Below, piece by piece: positions 16,911 through 26,208 of a DNA stretch of 49,640 bases (position 1 is the first letter of the stretch; every line of letters starts with the position of its first letter). The position numbers were made by a program, and so were the translations under genes. The notes under the pieces were generated by a model. The model made no database searches, was not told the origin of the DNA, and saw only the letters and a list, made by a program, of their open reading frames with translations. The DNA comes from a virus (lineage: Duplodnaviria; Heunggongvirae; Uroviricota; Caudoviricetes): IMG/VR virus record IMGVR_UViG_2718218452_000011, one strand, 5' to 3'.

Positions 16911-17449
16911 TTTACCCAACAAATACAGGCAAAAGCGGGGAACACCTTCGTCTCACCACGCTGGAAAGTGTCTGGATTCAGGGAAAACTGCGCATGTGGG
17001 GGCGCTGGTCGTATATTGGCGGCGGTAAGACGGGGAATATGTTCAACCAGTTGTTGGCCTCTAAAAAGCTGACAAAAACGGCAATTAACGAGGCGCTCCG
17101 GAGGATGAAAAAAGCAGGTCTGAACAAGTCTGAACTTGAGGCTTTTTTGCGGGATATGATTAACGGTAAGCAAAAGAGCTGGCTGGCGCATTGTACTGAT
17201 GCAGAGGCGTTATGTATTGATCGGGTCATAAGTGAGGTGCTGGCAGAGCATCCAGGATTGATTAGCGTCCTTCGTCAACGGTATGAGGGGCGGGGGATGA
17301 CCAAACGCAAAATGGCTGAATTGCTAAATGATGCACACCCAGAGTGGTGTTTTAGCACATGCGAAAAGCGAATTGCTAATTGGTTGGCCGTTGCTGAGTA
17401 TGCGCTATACATTCCTATGCGAGAATCATTCGCTCAAAAAACGGCTTGA
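16907..17449 (+). CDS. Putative late-gene antiterminator Q-like protein (180 aa)
   Basis: ATGA overlap with upstream stop and AGGAAGG RBS; ..LRMWGRWSY.. motif reminiscent of Q-family proteins; last gene before a terminator and the late region. Confidence 0.5.
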   Translation: MIYPTNTGKSGEHLRLTTLESVWIQGKLRMWGRWSYIGGGKTGNMFNQLLASKKLTKTAINEALRRMKKAGLNKSELEAFLRDMINGKQKSWLAHCTDAEALCIDRVISEVLAEHPGLISVLRQRYEGRGMTKRKMAELLNDAHPEWCFSTCEKRIANWLAVAEYALYIPMRESFAQKTA

Positions 17450-17532
17450 TTTTTTACGCATAAACCGCTTCAATTTTGCTAAGCTTCGCAAAGCTGTATC
17501 GCGAGGTGAACCAAGCGCATGAACTTTGATAC

Positions 17533-17557
17533 AACCCGCCATTGAGCGGGTTTTTTA
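17533..17557 (+). terminator. Rho-independent terminator downstream of Q (tR'-like)
   Basis: CCCGC-CATTGA-GCGGG followed by TTTTTT. Confidence 0.55.
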
Positions 17558-17678
17558 TGTCCGAAAAACGGCAGAGAACATAAAACGTGCTGGTGGTTGC
17601 GAATACTGGTCTTTCGGCTTGTATTTTTGTAAATCGATATATACTTATCTTGTGACCAGTAATGTCAGGGCAATTGAT

Positions 17679-18420
17679 ATGAATGAAGCCTGTTCTGTTG
17701 TTTTTGTTCATTCCCCGTTTGTTGTGCTCTTTGAAGGAAAAGAGCTCTCTCTTGAAAGTGGTAGTGCACTTCTTGTCAGGGGGGGGGCTGGATCGTTATT
17801 GCCCTTTTCGGAATGTTTTCGGCGAATAAGTCTCAGTGAATCGACAATTAGCCGTTACCTGTTGTGTGGAGACGAAAAACAGGATGTAGTTTTAGTCCGG
17901 CAAATACCACGATATCTTTGCGTGAGTTTTCCGAAGGCAGAATTGATGGGCATCCTGATTGATTATCTTTGTGAGGAAAAGATTCATACGGACAATTTAG
18001 CGGAAATGCTTTCCTTTTCGTGTCTGGCGTTTTTCTCATCAGAGAAGATGTTTTCGTCGTTTCTGACCGCGTGTATTAGCAATATTAGTGACAGGCTTAG
18101 TGCATTGTTTCGTACGGACATTGCAGCAAACTGGACTCTGAGAGATGTGTCTTCGGTTATGTATCAGTGAAAGTTTGTTAAAAAAAAGACTGAAAGAAGA
18201 AGGCACCTGTTTCAGTGAGTTGTTGCTTACAGAGAGAATGAGAATGGCAGCAATGCTGTTGAATCAATCTCGTTGCGCCATCAACAGAATCGCTGCTCAG
18301 TGCGGCTATAATTTTACATCTTATTTTATCAGCGTATTCAGGAGTTATTTTGGTGTTACACCGGCAGGTTACAGGATGGCTGCATTCAATGAGATGAGTT
18401 TAAGTGTTACTCAAGAATAA
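17679..18420 (+). pseudogene. AppY/GadX-like AraC-family transcriptional regulator, interrupted by a frameshift near 18165
   Basis: Track ORFs 17526..18170 and 18145..18420 overlap in different frames; the second carries the AraC HTH signature (..AAQCGYNFTSYFISVFRSYFGVTPAGYR). The junction (..DVSSVMY / ISESLLKKRL) is contiguous with recalled AppY (..IYTSESLIKKRL). Confidence 0.6.
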
Positions 18421-18595
18421 TTGAATTTTGCACTCATTGAAAACAGGCTCGCTGCGGCGGGCCTTTTTCATATCCGCGCCGCGCCCGGCGCACATCACAT
18501 CAGATAACACCACACAAAAGGCATCTGCGGGTGCCTTTGACAGGGTGTTTTTACGGGCCGCTGGAGGCCCTTTTTTATTTGTGGGAGGAAAAAGC

Positions 18596-18988
18596 ATGTC
18601 TGAACCCTTATCCGGTTCCGGTACGGCTGTGGCGCTCGGCGGGGCGACGGTATTCGGGCTGTTTACCGGAACGGATTTCGGGATTGTGTTTGGTGCGTTC
18701 GCCGGGGCGTTATTTGTGGCAACGATGCCGCAGGCGCTTTCAGCCTGGCGTGTGGCGGCGCATTTTCTGGTGTCGTTCATTATCGGCGTGCTGGGCGCAG
18801 AGGTTCTGGCATCCTGGCTGGTAAAGCATACAGGGTTTGACGGTGCGCCTGTCGACGCACTGTGTGCAGTGCTGGTGTCAGTGGTGTCGGTGAAGATTCT
18901 CTCGTTCATCCACCAGCAGGATATTGCATCACTGGTGTCCGGCCTGTTCTCCCGTCTGCGGGGTGGAGGAGGCGGCAATGTTAAGTAA
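18596..18988 (+). CDS. Putative holin/antiholin-like membrane protein (130 aa)
   Basis: Internal ATG of track ORF 18428..18988; Gly/Ala-rich predicted TM helices; directly upstream of second membrane protein and endolysin. Confidence 0.4.
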   Translation: MSEPLSGSGTAVALGGATVFGLFTGTDFGIVFGAFAGALFVATMPQALSAWRVAAHFLVSFIIGVLGAEVLASWLVKHTGFDGAPVDALCAVLVSVVSVKILSFIHQQDIASLVSGLFSRLRGGGGGNVK

Positions 18989-19253
18989 CCTTCCCGGATT
19001 GCTGAATGTAGCGTTATGCACGGTTATCGTGCTGACGCTCTTTTTTTATCGTCGCCGTGATTCCAGACATAAACCGCTGATGTCATGGCTGGCGTGGCTG
19101 CTGATGCTGCTGTATGCCTTTGCGCCCCTCAGCTATCTGTGTGGTCGCCCGTTAGCAACGGGCTGGCTGGAAGTGTTTTTTAACCTGCTGTTCTGCGTGC
19201 TGGTGATACGCGCACGCGGGAACGTCACAAAAATCTTTCCATTGTTGAGGTGA
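18978..19253 (+). CDS. Putative holin (91 aa, 2-3 TM helices)
   Basis: Internal ATG of track ORF 18924..19253; small hydrophobic protein immediately before the endolysin gene. Confidence 0.45.
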   Translation: MLSNLPGLLNVALCTVIVLTLFFYRRRDSRHKPLMSWLAWLLMLLYAFAPLSYLCGRPLATGWLEVFFNLLFCVLVIRARGNVTKIFPLLR

Positions 19254-19255
19254 AT

Positions 19256-19633
19256 ATGTCGGGTAAATTCAGATTCAGCCGTCGCAGTGAAAAAAATCTG
19301 GAGGGCGTTAAACCACAGCTGGTTGCTGTCGTTCGCCGTGCGCTGGAGCTGACGGAGGTTGATTTCGGTATTACGGAAGGGCTGCGCACGAAAGAACGCC
19401 AGAAACAGCTGGTCGCGGAAGGGAAAAGCCAGACCATGAACAGCCGCCACCTGACCGGTGATGCGGTGGATGTTGTTGCCTGGGTTGGCAGCCAGGTGTC
19501 ATGGGACTGGCCTCTGTACGAGAAAATCGCGCAGGCATTTAAGAAGGCTGCCGCAGAGCTGGGAACTGCCATCGAATGGGGCGGGGACTGGAAAACACTG
19601 AAAGACGGGCCTCACTTTCAGTTGAAACGCTGA
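19256..19633 (+). CDS. Endolysin, peptidase M15 family (L-alanyl-D-glutamate peptidase type)
   Basis: ..GLRTKERQKQLVAEGKSQTMNSRHLTGDAVDVV..DGPHFQL matches M15 peptidase endolysin motifs as recalled; GAGG RBS; follows the holin-like genes. Confidence 0.7.
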   Translation: MSGKFRFSRRSEKNLEGVKPQLVAVVRRALELTEVDFGITEGLRTKERQKQLVAEGKSQTMNSRHLTGDAVDVVAWVGSQVSWDWPLYEKIAQAFKKAAAELGTAIEWGGDWKTLKDGPHFQLKR

Positions 19634-19647
19634 TAACCAGGTGTGTT

Positions 19648-19830
19648 ATGAGCAGAAAACACTGGACACACAGAATGCCGCGAACGGCGGCGAAATGGGC
19701 ACTGGTAGCGATACTGGTGCCTTTTTTCCTGGTGGGATGCGTTAGCCTGGATAAGGCGCGCCAGCTTTTCGATACGGCTTCTCAGGTCTGCGAAATTGTC
19801 GACAATGTTCGGCAGCGTGTGCAGAACTAA
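19648..19830 (+). CDS. Small lipoprotein (60 aa; signal peptide and LVGC lipobox), possible lysis accessory/spanin-like
   Basis: MSRKHWTHRMPRTAAKWALVAILVPFFLVGC...; AGGTG RBS; last gene of the lysis cassette. No separate Rz-like gene recognised. Confidence 0.4.
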   Translation: MSRKHWTHRMPRTAAKWALVAILVPFFLVGCVSLDKARQLFDTASQVCEIVDNVRQRVQN

Positions 19831-19954
19831 TCGCCTGCCAGAGCAGAATATTTTGCTGAAAAATGAAGAGTGCTCCAGCGTCCGGAAAGCATAAAATTCG
19901 GTTATCTAATCTGGTTGATATATGAATGTGGGGGAAGTTCTCCCCCACTAAAAG

Positions 19955-20167
19955 TTAGCCTACCTTACGGTATGGATACACATTCTTTATGAACTGGTGA
20001 AAATACTGGCCTTTTGAACTGGCATTCATAAGCCCCTGATAGATCCTGGATGGAACGCCAGAGTATTGATAGATACCTCCATTGTGAAAGGCTATTTCCA
20101 GTGTGAGAGTTGCTGAATCATACCCAACAGACTGGAGATTTGATGATGAAACATAATTACGAATCAA
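19955..20167 (-). CDS. KTSC-domain protein (70 aa)
   Basis: ..YDSATLTLEIAFHNGGIYQYSGVPSRIYQGLMNASSKGQYFHQFIKNVY.. matches the KTSC domain pattern as recalled; reverse orientation. Confidence 0.55.
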   Translation of the reverse strand: MIRNYVSSSNLQSVGYDSATLTLEIAFHNGGIYQYSGVPSRIYQGLMNASSKGQYFHQFIKNVYPYRKVG

Positions 20168-20322
20168 AACAATATCCTCATATTGTGGGGAAAAGTCCCA
20201 ATGAAATTATTGATATATTTCGGCGTTATAACTTTGTCGATGATCATGGTCATCGTCTTGAAATGTGTCAGGACTTCATTGACTTAGTTAATGCGAAATC
20301 ACAACAACATCAGGATGGTTAG
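20143..20322 (+). CDS. Small hypothetical protein (59 aa)
   Basis: Internal ATG of track ORF 20110..20322 with GGAGA RBS; AT-rich. Confidence 0.3.
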   Translation: MMKHNYESKQYPHIVGKSPNEIIDIFRRYNFVDDHGHRLEMCQDFIDLVNAKSQQHQDG

Positions 20323-20439
20323 GTATTACAGCAGCCCTTCAGCGAGGGGCTGCGATAATGCCAGGCTCACCAGCAGCACCCGCCGCGCACCCAGCGCACT
20401 GGCTGCTGGTGAGCTTTTTTATATATAAAGCGAGGCTGT

Positions 20440-21228
20440 ATGAGCGAGAAATTGAAGATCGTCTATCGCCCGTTACAAAAACTGTCTCCATATGCGCACA
20501 ACGCCAGGACCCACAGCCCTGAGCAGGTGGCTCAACTGGTAGAAAGCATTAAGCAATTTGGCTGGACTAATCCAGTGCTGATTGACGAAAAGGGCGAAAT
20601 TATTGCTGGTCACGGTCGCGTTATGGCGGCTGAAGTGCTCAAAATGGATTCCGTCCCGGTCATTGTTCTGTCTGGTCTGACGGATGATCAGAAAAAGGCG
20701 TACCGCCTGGCAGATAATCGTCTGCCGCTTAACGCTGGCTGGGATGAAGAGCTGTTACGGATGGAACTTTCAGAGCTAATCAATGCTGATTTTGATATCT
20801 CCCTGACAGGATTCAGCCCAACAGAAATTGACGAACTGTTGATGGAAGTTTTGCCAGGTACCGGAAATGAGGAGGAGCCGTACACGACGAAAATTGATAC
20901 GCCTGTTTATGAGCCGTCAGGCGATAAACCGGATATCGGCGAACTGTACGACGATACGAAAACTCAGGAGCTGGTCAGCCGGATACGTTCGGCGTCCCTT
21001 GATCCTGATATCGAAAAATTCCTCCTGTGTGCAGCAGAGCGTCACACGGTGTTTGATTTCAGCAGAATTGCGGACTATTACGCTCACGCCCCGGCTGAAA
21101 TTCAGCACCTTTTTGAGGAGTCGGCGCTGGTGATCATTGATTATCAGCAGGCCATTGAAAATGGATTTGTCCGGATGACGCAACGCATGGTGGAGATCAT
21201 GCACGGCGGGGAGGAGGAATATGCGTGA
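20440..21228 (+). CDS. ParB-like nuclease (ParB/Srx) domain protein (262 aa)
   Basis: N-terminal ..PYAHNARTHSPEQVAQLVESIKQFGWTNPVLIDEKGEIIAGHGRVMAA.. ParB N-terminal domain signature. Confidence 0.7.
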   Translation: MSEKLKIVYRPLQKLSPYAHNARTHSPEQVAQLVESIKQFGWTNPVLIDEKGEIIAGHGRVMAAEVLKMDSVPVIVLSGLTDDQKKAYRLADNRLPLNAGWDEELLRMELSELINADFDISLTGFSPTEIDELLMEVLPGTGNEEEPYTTKIDTPVYEPSGDKPDIGELYDDTKTQELVSRIRSASLDPDIEKFLLCAAERHTVFDFSRIADYYAHAPAEIQHLFEESALVIIDYQQAIENGFVRMTQRMVEIMHGGEEEYA

Positions 21229-22153
21229 TGATTTTTGCGCCTTTATTCTGACTCACGGGCGACCGGACAAAGTTCTGACTTACCGAACATTACGTCGAGC
21301 TGGCTATACCGGTAAAATTTTTATCGTCGTTGATGATGAAGATAAAACCCGGCATCAGTACATAGCTGAATTTGGTAAACAGGTGTTGGTGTTTTCTAAA
21401 GCCGATATCGCCAGTCGTTTTGACGAAGCCGATAATTTCGGTGACCGTCGCTCAATTTTTTACGCACGTAATGCCTGCTTCGACCTGGCAAAACAGGTCG
21501 GGTGTAAATACTTCATTCAGTTCGATGATGATTATCATGAGTTCCAGTTTCGGGTGGATCACAACTATGACCAGGCCTATTTCCCGATAAGGAAACTGGA
21601 CGCAATCCTTTCTGAAATGCTGGCGTATTACGAATCAATTCCTGCGCTTTCCATCGCTATGTCGCAGGGGGGGGATTTTCTTGGTGACAATGGCGGCCAT
21701 GCTTCATGGGTGAAACGCAAGGCAATGAACAGCTTTATCTGTTCGGTTGAGCGACCGTTCTCATTCATGGGGCGCATTAACGAGGATGTGAATACTTACA
21801 CGAATCTCGGTCGCCGTGGTGAATTGTTTATGACGATTGGTGCTGTCCAGTTGGGACAGAAACAGACGCAGAAAAACAGCGGCGGAATGACCGAGCTGTA
21901 TCTGGATTCCGGAACCTACGTTAAAAGTTTTTACTCCGTCATGTATGCGCCCTCGTGCGTAAAAATCTCACTGATGGGGGCCAGCCATAAACGCATTCAC
22001 CATCAGGTCACCTGGAACAACGCTGCAGTAAAAATCCTTAACGAAAAATACAGGAAGAAGACACCCTGCATACCAATGGGGGTGACAAATGATTCCGTAT
22101 TCGAAAGTCGAGTCTCTGGCTGCGTGCCGGATGACCGCACAACAAATCGCTGA
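21221..22153 (+). CDS. Hypothetical 310-aa protein, possible GT-A-like nucleotide-sugar transferase fold (speculative)
   Basis: Translationally coupled to the ParB-like gene (8-nt overlap); ..IFIVVDDED.. and ..FIQFDDDYHEF.. acidic motifs resemble DXD-type signatures; no confident family assignment. Confidence 0.4.
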   Translation: MRDDFCAFILTHGRPDKVLTYRTLRRAGYTGKIFIVVDDEDKTRHQYIAEFGKQVLVFSKADIASRFDEADNFGDRRSIFYARNACFDLAKQVGCKYFIQFDDDYHEFQFRVDHNYDQAYFPIRKLDAILSEMLAYYESIPALSIAMSQGGDFLGDNGGHASWVKRKAMNSFICSVERPFSFMGRINEDVNTYTNLGRRGELFMTIGAVQLGQKQTQKNSGGMTELYLDSGTYVKSFYSVMYAPSCVKISLMGASHKRIHHQVTWNNAAVKILNEKYRKKTPCIPMGVTNDSVFESRVSGCVPDDRTTNR

Positions 22154-22340
22154 TGTTCTGGATGTTGATCTGAACCGACTGAAAGAAAATCGGGAAGCAA
22201 TGACAAATTTTTACGCATCCATCCGTAAGGGAAGAGCGAAAGGTGAAGCCGAGCTACGAGCCGCATTGTTTAAGCTTGCCAGAAAAGGGGATGCCTTTGC
22301 TCTGCGTGAGTTACTCAGGGTGGATAAAAATCAGGACTAA
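22089..22340 (+). CDS. Small hypothetical protein (83 aa), possibly DNA-binding
   Basis: Track ORF with GGGGTG RBS; overlaps the 3' end of the upstream gene; directly precedes the terminase small subunit. Confidence 0.35.
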   Translation: MIPYSKVESLAACRMTAQQIADVLDVDLNRLKENREAMTNFYASIRKGRAKGEAELRAALFKLARKGDAFALRELLRVDKNQD

Positions 22341-22343
22341 CTG

Positions 22344-23435
22344 ATGAACAGACCGGACTGGGGGGCGTTGCAGCAGGAATATATTGCTGAATACACCCGC
22401 TCCGGTGTATCTCCGGTGGCATGGTGTGAGGCAAGGGGACTGAATTACGCAACAGCCCGTCGTTACATCAAAAAACCTCCGAAAAATGCGCAGACAGAAA
22501 TGCGCAAAACTGCGCAACAAAGTGCGCAGAAAAAATCTGCGCAGACTGCGCAAAAGCGGAACGGAAAATCTCAGAAAAAAAAGCCAGTATCCGATGCGTG
22601 CCTGAATGAGGGCGACGCGGAGGAATTTTCGTTCTGCCCCGATGAATTCGGCATTTCTGACCAGCAGGCTAAGTTTGCGATGCTTGTTGCTCAGGGGAAA
22701 AAGCCGACAGAGGCATACCGACTGGCTGGTTATGAGGGGCAAGGTGCGACAGCTAACAGCAACGCCAGCCGTATGCTTAGAAATGCCAGGGTTTATCGTG
22801 CTATCAGCTACTTCCGCAATCAGTATCAGAAACGCTATACCGCAGACCTGGATTTACTGGTGAGTCAGTTGATGGCTATTGTCCAGGCCGACCCCAATCA
22901 GTTGGCACAATTTCGCCGTGTTAACTGCCGTTATTGCTGGGGCGAGAATCATCTCTACCAGTGGCGTGATATTGCAGAATTCGATAAGGCAGCGGCACAG
23001 GCCTCCAGAGATGGCAAACCCGAGCCGGAATATGGAGGCCTCGGCTTTGTTGATAACGCCATACCCAATCCGGATTGTCCGAAGTGCTGCGGTGAGGGAA
23101 CGGGACAGCTTTATATGGCTGATACCACTCTGCTTGATGGGGATGCGCGACAATTATATGCAGGGGCAAAGCTCGGGAAATTTGGTGTTGAGATCCTGCT
23201 GGAGGATAAGGCTGCCGCCCGGCGCGAACTTATCAAGCTGATAATGGCGACGAAAGGAAGTTCTGCTGGTGGTGCAACTGACAGTCGCAATGATCTGGAG
23301 CTTGAAGGACTGAGGCTTCGCAACGAAAAGCTGCGCACTGAGATTGAAAACCTCAAAAAAGGCGTGGGTGGTGAGAATAACGAAATAATTATCCACAACT
23401 CTCTGCCGATGCCGGGAGTGGATAATGTCGATTGA
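22344..23435 (+). CDS. Terminase small subunit (363 aa)
   Basis: ..KFAMLVAQGKKPTEAYRLAGYEGQGATANSNASRMLRNARVYRAISYF.. matches the terminase small-subunit (Terminase_2-like) pattern; precedes and overlaps the large subunit. Confidence 0.65.
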   Translation: MNRPDWGALQQEYIAEYTRSGVSPVAWCEARGLNYATARRYIKKPPKNAQTEMRKTAQQSAQKKSAQTAQKRNGKSQKKKPVSDACLNEGDAEEFSFCPDEFGISDQQAKFAMLVAQGKKPTEAYRLAGYEGQGATANSNASRMLRNARVYRAISYFRNQYQKRYTADLDLLVSQLMAIVQADPNQLAQFRRVNCRYCWGENHLYQWRDIAEFDKAAAQASRDGKPEPEYGGLGFVDNAIPNPDCPKCCGEGTGQLYMADTTLLDGDARQLYAGAKLGKFGVEILLEDKAAARRELIKLIMATKGSSAGGATDSRNDLELEGLRLRNEKLRTEIENLKKGVGGENNEIIIHNSLPMPGVDNVD

Positions 23436-24753
23436 AATCTACCTCCCAAAACCTCATGAGGGGCAAATAGCTGCATGGACGGCGGCAATAGAGGAACGCT
23501 TCCACGCGGTATGCTGTGGTCGTCGCTGGGGTAAAACGGTGATGCTGGTAAACATCGCTACCAGTTTCGCTACGCGGAAATTTGCCGTTCCTACCACCGG
23601 GCAACTTATCGCGGGTAGGGTGGGGATTTTTACCGCACAATACCGCCAGTACCAGGAAATCTGGGATGAAATTAGCGCCGTTCTGCAACCGCTGATCCTC
23701 AGCCAGTCAAAAAATGAAAAGCGCATTATTCTCCGTAATGGGGGGCGCATCGACTTTTGGGTAACGGACAATAACAAACTGGCCGGGCGTGGGCGTAAAT
23801 ATCACGCTGTGCTGATTGATGAGGCCGCATTCACTAAATCGCCGGAAATGCTCGAGGAAATCTGGCCCCGCGCTATACGCCCGACGCTTGTTGATTACCG
23901 TGGCTGTGCGTGGGTATTTTCCACACCAAACGGTATCGACGAGAGCAATTTTTTCTACGCGATATGCCACGATGAATCCCTGGGATTTGTCATGCACCAT
24001 GCGCCAACTTCATCGAATCCGTATATTCCGAAAGAAGAACTGGAGGAAACGGAGAAGAAATCCGATCCGCGTGTCTGGCAGCAGGAATATCTTGCCGAGT
24101 TCGTGGACTGGTCCAAAGACGCGTTACTCGATGTCGATAAGCTGCTGGTGGACGGTCAGCCGATTGAGATGCCGCCGTACTGCGACATGATTTTCGCAGT
24201 GATGGATACGGCGCTGAAAGGCGGGACCGAAAATGATGGTACTGGCGTGTTGTATTTCGCTTATGAGTCAACGTATTCGGACGAGCCAAAACTGACGATT
24301 ATTGACTGGGATGTGACGCAAATTAAAGCGTCATTGCTTCCTGAATATATCCCCGGCGTTTATGAAAACCTCGAGCGCCTCGCGAAATTATGCCGTCCGC
24401 GTCTGGGCTGCCAGGGAATTTTTATGGAAGACGCCGCGATGGGGGCAATCCTCAACCAGAAGGCGGAAACCGAAGGCTGGGATATGACGCCGATTAAATC
24501 GGCACTAACCAGCAAAGGTAAAGAAGAACGGGCGGTGATGGCATCCAGCTACCACTATCAGGGGATGTGCAAAATCGTCCGGGAGGCTTACGACAAGACC
24601 GTTTCATTCAAACGTACCACCGCAAACCACCTCATTAAACAAATCGCCGGGTTCCACCTGGCAGACAAAGACGCGCATAAACGTGCTGATGACCTTTTCG
24701 ATTGTTATACCTATGGATTGATTATCGCGCACGGTAATTACGCGGCGTTGTAA
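23425..24753 (+). CDS. Terminase large subunit (442 aa)
   Basis: Walker A-like CCGRRWGKT; ..VLIDEAAF.. Walker B-like; nuclease-domain acidic residues; canonical position. Confidence 0.85.
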   Translation: MSIEIYLPKPHEGQIAAWTAAIEERFHAVCCGRRWGKTVMLVNIATSFATRKFAVPTTGQLIAGRVGIFTAQYRQYQEIWDEISAVLQPLILSQSKNEKRIILRNGGRIDFWVTDNNKLAGRGRKYHAVLIDEAAFTKSPEMLEEIWPRAIRPTLVDYRGCAWVFSTPNGIDESNFFYAICHDESLGFVMHHAPTSSNPYIPKEELEETEKKSDPRVWQQEYLAEFVDWSKDALLDVDKLLVDGQPIEMPPYCDMIFAVMDTALKGGTENDGTGVLYFAYESTYSDEPKLTIIDWDVTQIKASLLPEYIPGVYENLERLAKLCRPRLGCQGIFMEDAAMGAILNQKAETEGWDMTPIKSALTSKGKEERAVMASSYHYQGMCKIVREAYDKTVSFKRTTANHLIKQIAGFHLADKDAHKRADDLFDCYTYGLIIAHGNYAAL

Positions 24754-24768
24754 AAAATCAGGATATTT

Positions 24769-26208
24769 TTGATGGCAGAGATCGAGATTACTGGCGGCCT
24801 CGGTTCAGCACTGATGCATATTCTTGAGGCTGAAGAAATTCAGCCGGGAACCGACATTGGCTATGAATTGTGTAAGCAGCTGTGGCAATTCCATCCTCTG
24901 GGCGGAAAACTTGTCGAAAAACCCATACTGATGGCGATGTGTAAGCCGCGCCAGTATAACGTGGAGACAGACCCTGACGAGAGGGTTGTGAGGCGTTTTC
25001 AGGAGGTATGGGAACGCATGAAGGTCAACGAGAAGATTAAAAATCTGTTTTTTCTGTCTCGTTGCTACGGTGCTGCAGCGATCGGCGTGGGCACCGACAG
25101 CGTTCCATGTCGTGAACCGCTTCCGACGTTCGGACTGACAGAAGATGACGTGTATATCAACGCGTGGGACCCGTTGAACGCTTCCGGTTCGATGGTGACT
25201 GACCAGAACCCCAACAGCCCGTTTTTCCAGGAAGCCAATAAAAAACTGAAGATTGGTGGGAAAGACTGGCATCCGTCACGCACACTGAAAATCTTCAACG
25301 GCACACCGATTTATCTGGAGTTTCAGAGTTCATCGTTCGGATTCACCGGACGTAGTGTGTTTCAGCGCGTTCTTTATTCCCTGAAATCCTATATCAACAC
25401 GATGGAGGCGAATGATCTCGTCAGCCAGAAGGCGGGCGTACTGGTAGCTAAAGTTGTGCAGTACGGTTCGAAACTTGACGGGATCATGGCTGCCGCCACG
25501 GGACGAAAAAGGGAAAACGTCAAAGAGGCAAAAAATAAAGGTGTGCTTAGTATCGGGAAGGATGAGGACGTTACCTCGCTAAATCTACAAAACATCGATG
25601 GTGCGCTAAACGCTGCACGCGACAATATTATTTCCGATATTGCGTCAGGGAGTGACGTTCCGGCGATCCTCATCAAAGAGGAAGCCTTTTCGAATGGTTT
25701 CGGTGAGGGGACCGAAGATTCGAAAGCCATCAGCCAGTATATCGATGGTGTACGCCAGCAGATTGAACCCGTGATGGATTATTTCGAACGCCTGGTGCAG
25801 TACATCGCCTGGAACGAGGAATTTTATCAGTCGCTGAAAAATGATTACCCGGACATCATAACTGATGACTATAAAACCACGTTTTACCAGTGGCGACGTG
25901 AATTTACCGCGACATGGCAGGAGCTGGTGGAGGAGTCGCCGGACAAACGCCGGGAAAGCGACAGTAAAGTGATTCAACAGGCGATAGCACTTTTCTCTGC
26001 CGTGTCGCCACAGGTTGATCCTGAAAACCGTGCCGCCGTCACTGAATGGCTGGCAAGCCTTGTTAATGCCACGCAAACCTATGGCGAAGCTCCACTCATC
26101 ATTGATGTGGACGCGCTGGCGAATTATGAACCACCGAAGCAGGAGACGCCTGATGGCAATTTCCAGCCGGGCGGTGAGGAAGAAGAAACGGATCAGGACG
26201 CTATATGA
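24769..26208 (+). CDS. Portal protein (479 aa), putative
   Basis: Size and position immediately after the terminase large subunit; acidic C-terminus. Confidence 0.6.
   Translation: MMAEIEITGGLGSALMHILEAEEIQPGTDIGYELCKQLWQFHPLGGKLVEKPILMAMCKPRQYNVETDPDERVVRRFQEVWERMKVNEKIKNLFFLSRCYGAAAIGVGTDSVPCREPLPTFGLTEDDVYINAWDPLNASGSMVTDQNPNSPFFQEANKKLKIGGKDWHPSRTLKIFNGTPIYLEFQSSSFGFTGRSVFQRVLYSLKSYINTMEANDLVSQKAGVLVAKVVQYGSKLDGIMAAATGRKRENVKEAKNKGVLSIGKDEDVTSLNLQNIDGALNAARDNIISDIASGSDVPAILIKEEAFSNGFGEGTEDSKAISQYIDGVRQQIEPVMDYFERLVQYIAWNEEFYQSLKNDYPDIITDDYKTTFYQWRREFTATWQELVEESPDKRRESDSKVIQQAIALFSAVSPQVDPENRAAVTEWLASLVNATQTYGEAPLIIDVDALANYEPPKQETPDGNFQPGGEEEETDQDAI

Noticed and set aside
18400-18978. 192-aa minus-strand ORF (and 97-aa plus ORF 18531..18824) overlapping the first lysis membrane-protein gene
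   Set aside because: Pro/Ala/Arg-rich low-complexity translation of a GC-rich region antisense to, or out of frame with, the membrane-protein gene that fits the lysis cassette.
19931-19951. GC-rich hairpin GTGGGGGA-AGTT-CTCCCCCAC as an intrinsic terminator
   Set aside because: Perfect stem but no adjacent T-run on either strand; kept only as a possible stability or processing hairpin for the KTSC gene.
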